A stretch of DNA of 64,000 nt from Desulfatiglandales bacterium. GTDB taxonomy: Bacteria; Desulfobacterota; DSM-4660; Desulfatiglandales; Desulfatiglandaceae. Positions 59,097 to 64,000 of the stretch are shown here, one piece after another (the stretch's first letter is position 1; every line of letters starts with the position of its first letter). Both the position numbers and the translations under genes were made by a program. Under the pieces are notes generated by a model. That model was not told the DNA's origin. It ran no database searches and saw only the letters and a list, made by a program, of their open reading frames with translations. The stretch is from assembly GCA_963662465.1 (NCBI GenBank), contig OY759599.1, forward strand, positions 576,001 to 640,000, in the 5' to 3' direction.

Positions 59097-60515
59097 ATGC
59101 ACAAGAAAGGTAAAAACCCTCAGCACCCCATCCTCATCGTTGATGATGAAGCGCATGCCATAAAGAGTTTTGAACTCACGCTGCGCTCAAGCGGATTCAA
59201 TCATATTAGACCCTGTTCCGAAAGCTTGAAAGTCTATGAAATTTTGGAACAGGGAGAGATCGAAGTGATCCTCCTCGATTTGATGATGCCGGATCTTTCA
59301 GGCGAGGAGATCCTGGCAAAAGTCGTCAAGGATTTTCCGGAAATTCCCGTCATCATGGCAACGGGCGTCAATGAGGTCGAGACGGCCGTGAGATGCATGC
59401 AGGGGGGGGCCTTTGACTATGTCTTGAAACCCGTTGACAGGGAACGGCTTATACCGAGTATTCAAAGAGCCATTGAGGTGCGCCGGCTCAGGAGCGAGAA
59501 TGCCAGACTGACCCGGTGTTTTTTCTCCGATTCTCTGGAACACCCTGGAAATTTTTTAAAGATTATCACCCGAAATCGCAAGATGAGGGCCATATTCCAA
59601 TATTGTGAAGCCATCGCCGGGGGAAGCTACCCCGTACTTATATTCGGCGAAACCGGCACGGGGAAAGAACTCATTGCAGAGGCGCTTCATACGGCAAGCG
59701 GCAGGGAAGGGCTTTTCGTGGCGGTTAACGCAGCGGGTCTGGACGACAATATGTTTTCGGACACCCTGTTCGGTCATATCAAAGGCGCCTTCACCAACGC
59801 CGCCCAGGTGCGGGCCGGCCAGATAGAACATGCCGCGGGAGGGACTCTCTTCCTGGATGAAATCGGCGATCTTAGTTTGAACTCGCAGGTAAAGCTCCTG
59901 CGGGTTCTCGACAAGCAGGAATACTTTCCTTTGGGGTCGGACATGGCAAGACCGGTGGATGCAAGATTCCTCTTCGCAACCCACAAAGACCTTTCCCAAT
60001 TGGTGAAAGAAGGGCGTTTTCGCGAAGACCTCTTCTACAGACTCCGCACTCACCGGATACAATTGCCGCCTCTGCGGGAGCGGATGGATGATATCCCGCT
60101 CTTTCTGGTGCATTTTATGGATGAGGCCGCCAAAGAGTTCAAAAAGAAAAAACCGACTTACCATCAGGGGCTGGTGGAACTCCTTCAAAGCTATCATTTT
60201 CCCGGCAATGTGAGAGAACTGCGCGCCATGATTTTCGACGCCGTGGGAAGACACAAGTCAAAGATGCTTTCCACAAAAACCTTCCGGAACGCCATAGCGG
60301 ACAGCATGAGTACCCGATCCGCTTCTTTCGTTCCCCTTGCCGCATCCAGTGCCTCCTGGTTGACGCATTTGGAACAGCTTCCTACCTTAAAAGAGGCTTC
60401 CGACGTCCTGATTCAGGAGGCATTGCGCCGCGCCAAGAATAACCAGCGGGTAGCCGCCTTGGCCCTCGGCATAACCCCCCAGGCTTTGAATCAGAGGCTC
60501 AAAAGACAATCATGA
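59097..60515 (+). CDS. Sigma-54-dependent response regulator (NtrC family)
   Basis: Receiver domain, GETGTGKE, GAFTNA, FLDEIG, FREDLFYRL, PGNVREL, Fis-type HTH. Confidence 0.95.
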   Translation: MHKKGKNPQHPILIVDDEAHAIKSFELTLRSSGFNHIRPCSESLKVYEILEQGEIEVILLDLMMPDLSGEEILAKVVKDFPEIPVIMATGVNEVETAVRCMQGGAFDYVLKPVDRERLIPSIQRAIEVRRLRSENARLTRCFFSDSLEHPGNFLKIITRNRKMRAIFQYCEAIAGGSYPVLIFGETGTGKELIAEALHTASGREGLFVAVNAAGLDDNMFSDTLFGHIKGAFTNAAQVRAGQIEHAAGGTLFLDEIGDLSLNSQVKLLRVLDKQEYFPLGSDMARPVDARFLFATHKDLSQLVKEGRFREDLFYRLRTHRIQLPPLRERMDDIPLFLVHFMDEAAKEFKKKKPTYHQGLVELLQSYHFPGNVRELRAMIFDAVGRHKSKMLSTKTFRNAIADSMSTRSASFVPLAASSASWLTHLEQLPTLKEASDVLIQEALRRAKNNQRVAALALGITPQALNQRLKRQS

Positions 60516-60574
60516 TAATGCAGGCCCTTTATAGACCATTGCCTTTCGGTGTTTCCCGATCCGCCAAAAACTGC

Positions 60575-60608
60575 ATCAAGATTTATTGATATATCAAGAA
60601 ATCTTGAT
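60575..60608. promoter_or_regulatory. Tandem enhancer-like (UAS) palindromes ATCAA-N6-TTGAT
   Basis: ATCAAGATTTATTGAT (60575-60590) and ATCAAGAAATCTTGAT (60593-60608). Confidence 0.65.
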
Positions 60609-60757
60609 GATCTCTCATCGTCTTTTTATTCCATTCGCACCCCTAAATTTTCAGTATCCCCATCAATATATATTGCCAGGGTTTCGCTGTGTCATCAGTG
60701 GCAAGAAAGCCCTGTAAACCATTAAATTAAAAATAAAAATGATCCTGTTTTGCTGTT

Positions 60758-60774
60758 TGGCACGCTTATTTCAT
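60758..60774 (+). promoter_or_regulatory. Sigma-54 (-24/-12) promoter with a variant -12 element
   Basis: TGGCACGCTTATTTCAT: consensus TGGCACG, with TC in place of GC at -12. Confidence 0.65.
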
Positions 60775-60833
60775 TAAGATCAGTGATATTTACATGAATC
60801 CCCCGCGGAATCATTTTTGAAAGGAGATGAGCG

Positions 60834-61193
60834 ATGCCCAAAACCATTATTCTTTACAATTTGAAAGAAGGCGTCAGTGATGAAGATTATAAAAAATGGT
60901 GTGAAACCTACAAAGGCCCCCTGCTGCTATCACTGAATGCTTCAAAATCTTTCACCCTGGTCAGAATGTTAGGGGGGATAAAAGGCGATGGCCGGAAAAA
61001 CGAGCCTCCCCAAGAAACGGCTTCTCCGTTCAATTATATCGGAATCCTGGATGTAGCGGACCTGGCGGAAGCCAAAAAGGACACTGAAACCAAAGCGTTC
61101 AGGGAGGATTTTTTTCCGCAATGGCTTTCCGACTGGGTTGCTGATTTCTATGTTTTGGTGGGTGATGAGGTTTACGAAAAACAAAGCGATTAA
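60834..61193 (+). CDS. Small dimeric alpha-beta barrel protein (EthD/REDY-HapK-like)
   Basis: IILYNLKEGVSDEDYKKW...P...F...PFNYIGILDV; AGGAG RBS. Confidence 0.6.
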   Translation: MPKTIILYNLKEGVSDEDYKKWCETYKGPLLLSLNASKSFTLVRMLGGIKGDGRKNEPPQETASPFNYIGILDVADLAEAKKDTETKAFREDFFPQWLSDWVADFYVLVGDEVYEKQSD

Positions 61194-61262
61194 TTCGGGA
61201 TCAGATTTCTGGAAGGGATGTCGTTTTATTTTAGGCGTTTAAAAAAAACAGGAGGATCAAGT

Positions 61263-62495
61263 ATGCCAAGACAGCATTTGGACATTTTTTTATCCAAAGA
61301 AGACTACATGATGAGGGATATGGTTCGCAGTTTCGTAGACAAAGAAATCATGCCGGTTCGTCAGAAACTAGACGACGACAAGGACCACGAGATTGTAAAC
61401 AAAATTCTTCAGGGCATTACCGATCTTGGGCTCCCGAAAGCTGCTTTCCCTCCGGAGTACGGTGGAATGGGCGCCAAATCGGTCTTACCGGTTTGCATAT
61501 TGCATGAAGAGCTTTCCCGGGGCGATAGCGGCATATGCACTGCCTTTGGTGTTACCGGATGGGCATGGATTCCGGCCCTTGCGGCAGAAAACAAGGCCGT
61601 GCTGGATTGTTTTGCACCGGAGTTCTGTGGAGATAAGCTCAGGCTGGGCTGTTTTTCCATGACGGAGCCCGGCGGTTCCCATGGAGGCGGCGGCTGCGAC
61701 ATTGAAAACTTGGATCTTGAAGGCCGAAAGATCAAAACCAGAGCCGTACTTGATGGAGATGAATGGGTGATCAACGGCCAGAAAATGTGGCCATCCAACA
61801 GCGGCATCGCCGACCTTTACTGTGTGGTCTGCACAACCGATCCTGAGCTGGGAGACGACGGCGTCGCCTTGATTTATGTGCCCAAGGGAACTCCGGGTGT
61901 TTCCTTTGGCAAGAACGAAGCTAAGGCCGGCATGAGGTCGGATAAGAATCATCCCATGTTTCTGGAAAATGTGAGAGTGCCGAAGGAATGGCGGGCCGCC
62001 GGACCGGGCGTGGATGCCGAACTGCTGCATAATAATCTGGTTGTCGGACGGATTGTTTCTGCTGCATCGGCGATCGGCCAGGCCCAGGGCGCCTTTGAGA
62101 CCGTTTTGAAGTATACGGGAGAGCGGATTGTGGCGAATAAACCCATCCGGCAACATTCCATGGCCGCCGGTATTCTGGCGGATATGGCCATCGGCATAGA
62201 GACGGCCCGCTGGTCTTATTTGGCAGTGGCTTATATGTACGATCACCCGGACATCTATGGCGCGCCTACGTCGAATTTCATGCTTTCCAGAGGAAGCGCC
62301 GCGAAAGTGTACGCCTGCGACATAGCCGTGTCGGTTTGCAATAAGGCCATGGAACTGATGGGCGCCTTCGGTTACGTCCGGGATTACGATGTAGAGAAAT
62401 ACTGGCGGGATTGTAAAATGATCCAATTATGGGAGGGTGGCGCTCAAATGGGACGTCTTGACGTATGCCGAGCTTACTATGATTTAGATCTTTAG
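61263..62495 (+). CDS. Acyl-CoA dehydrogenase family protein
   Basis: PPEYGG, EELSRGD, FSMTEP, WVINGQKMW, GAFGY...VEKYWRD, QLWEG. Confidence 0.93.
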   Translation: MPRQHLDIFLSKEDYMMRDMVRSFVDKEIMPVRQKLDDDKDHEIVNKILQGITDLGLPKAAFPPEYGGMGAKSVLPVCILHEELSRGDSGICTAFGVTGWAWIPALAAENKAVLDCFAPEFCGDKLRLGCFSMTEPGGSHGGGGCDIENLDLEGRKIKTRAVLDGDEWVINGQKMWPSNSGIADLYCVVCTTDPELGDDGVALIYVPKGTPGVSFGKNEAKAGMRSDKNHPMFLENVRVPKEWRAAGPGVDAELLHNNLVVGRIVSAASAIGQAQGAFETVLKYTGERIVANKPIRQHSMAAGILADMAIGIETARWSYLAVAYMYDHPDIYGAPTSNFMLSRGSAAKVYACDIAVSVCNKAMELMGAFGYVRDYDVEKYWRDCKMIQLWEGGAQMGRLDVCRAYYDLDL

Positions 62496-62618
62496 CAAAT
62501 GGACGCGAACCCGCAACCAGATCAAAATGGAAGAGATCCATATCCGGAAATCGTCGTGGTTCGCGCGTATCATGGCGGAAAGCATATCTGCGGCAATTGG
62601 ATTGAATGGAGGGAATGA

Positions 62619-64000
62619 ATGAAAAAAGTTTCACTGAAAATAAACGGGAGAAGTTACCAGTTTGTAGTGGATTCGGAGCGGGTTCTTCTGGATCTCCTGC
62701 GGGAGGATCTGCACCTTATCGGTACCAAACAATCCTGTGACCGAAAAGGGCAATGCGGGGCCTGTACCGTTCTCGTCAATAAAAAAGCGACGCTGTCCTG
62801 TCTGACCAAGGTGGCCGATCTGGAAGGCGCCGATGTGATCACGGTGGAGGGCCTGGGCACACCGGATAATCCGCATCTGATTCAGGAGGCCTTTGTGCTG
62901 TCTGGGGCCGTCCAGTGCGGATTCTGCACGCCGGGCATGATCATGGCGACCAAGGCGCTTCTGGATCGGAATCCGGACCCGGATGCGGAGGCGATCAAGA
63001 AGGCCCTGGCGCATAATTTATGCCGCTGCACCGGATACACGAAGATTATTGACGCTGTGAAGCTGTCCGGTCGATTTTTACGCGGCGAGACGACGCCCGA
63101 TCAGGTGAGACCCGACCCAAAGAGCGGCGTGCTGGGCGTCTCCCACCCGAGACCTTCGGCCATGATCAAGGCCTGCGGACTGGCGGAATTCTCGGCCGAT
63201 ATAAAACTTCAGGGCGCAGCCGAATTGGCGGTGGTTCGCAGCACGGAGCATCACGCCAAAATAAAATCAATCGATACCGCCGAGGCCGAAAAGATGCCCG
63301 GCGTCATCGGGGTCATGACCGCCAGGGACATCCTGGGGACCAACCGAATTCAGTTCATATTTAATGACCAGCCCGTGTTGTGCGATGAGAAGGTCCGGTG
63401 CCTGGGGGATCCCATCGCGGTGGTGGCGGCCGATACCCTGGACCAGGCTCTGGCCGCGGCGGCAGCCGTAAAGGTAGCCTATGATCCCCTGCCGGTTATG
63501 ATGAGCCCGCCGGAGGCCCTTGTGGAAGGCGCCGTACAGCTCCATGACGAGTTTCCCAACCTTTGCTATCAACAACCCCAGATCAAGGGGGATGCCAAAA
63601 AAGCCTTTGCGGAATCCGCGAAGATGGTTGAGGCTGAGTTCATCACCCAGCTCAATCATCAGGCGCCCCTGGAGCCCGAAGCCTGCGTTTCCTATCTCGA
63701 AGGGGAAGGAGAAGAGGCCCTGCTCGTGGTGATTGGACGAAGCATCATGATTCACTCCCATATGGCCATGCTCCAGGGGGCCCTGGGATGGGAAAACATG
63801 CGCTATGAGGAGGCCTATACCGGAGGGCAGTTCGGGATCAAGGTGGGCATTACCTCAGAGGGCATTGCCGGGGCCGCGGCCCTTCATTTTAAAAGGCCTG
63901 TCCGGTATATCCCCGGCATCCATGAGTCCATGCTCATGACGAGCAAGCGGCATCCCTTCACCATGAAGGTCAAACTGGCGGCCGACAAGGACGGACATTT
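62619..64000 (+). CDS. Mop-type aldehyde oxidoreductase (xanthine oxidase family, fused 2x[2Fe-2S] + molybdopterin domains), runs off the right edge
   Basis: Not in the ORF track. MKKVSLKINGR...GTKQSCDRKGQCGACTV...QCGFCTPGM...NLCRCTGY...HQAPLEPE...GGQFG. Confidence 0.92.
   Translation, partial: MKKVSLKINGRSYQFVVDSERVLLDLLREDLHLIGTKQSCDRKGQCGACTVLVNKKATLSCLTKVADLEGADVITVEGLGTPDNPHLIQEAFVLSGAVQCGFCTPGMIMATKALLDRNPDPDAEAIKKALAHNLCRCTGYTKIIDAVKLSGRFLRGETTPDQVRPDPKSGVLGVSHPRPSAMIKACGLAEFSADIKLQGAAELAVVRSTEHHAKIKSIDTAEAEKMPGVIGVMTARDILGTNRIQFIFNDQPVLCDEKVRCLGDPIAVVAADTLDQALAAAAAVKVAYDPLPVMMSPPEALVEGAVQLHDEFPNLCYQQPQIKGDAKKAFAESAKMVEAEFITQLNHQAPLEPEACVSYLEGEGEEALLVVIGRSIMIHSHMAMLQGALGWENMRYEEAYTGGQFGIKVGITSEGIAGAAALHFKRPVRYIPGIHESMLMTSKRHPFTMKVKLAADKDGH

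Noticed and set aside
1..64000. Complete DGR (RT, Avd, template repeat) or cas genes
   Set aside because: No ORF with RT or Cas motifs and no second copy of the DUF1566 3' region seen by eye.

Overview
Bacterial DNA whose gene content (sigma-54 regulation, TusA/DsrE sulfur relay, Mop-type aldehyde oxidoreductase, acyl-CoA dehydrogenase, hbd) suggests an anaerobic Desulfobacterota-like organism (inference). Housekeeping blocks (M20 hydrolase, plsC-like, typA, ygiQ, kamA-like, hisC, rsbUWV-like, SSS transporter, hbd, tusA/dsrE, mpl, tRNA-Leu, tRNA-Ala) alternate with two accessory regions. (1) About 9.5-18.5 kb is a patchwork hotspot: tandem mosaic ATPase-nuclease paralogs, nested MITE/REP elements, three toxin-antitoxin-like pairs, an orphan one-spacer CRISPR unit with canonical Cas6 geometry, a DUF1566 gene with a DGR-type variable end but no RT or template in view, and an EF-Ts-N-like fusion. 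(2) About 31-47 kb is a decayed satellite-like island at tRNA-Ala. It carries an intact-looking extended type III RM locus (PLD-like/SNF2 helicase, DUF4391 remnant, Schlafen-AlbA ATPase, Mod, Res), a broken primase module and a truncated AcrVA2-like gene. A TetR-RND efflux operon, another ATPase-nuclease and a sigma-54 catabolic operon follow. All family calls come from motif recognition by eye; no database searches were run.
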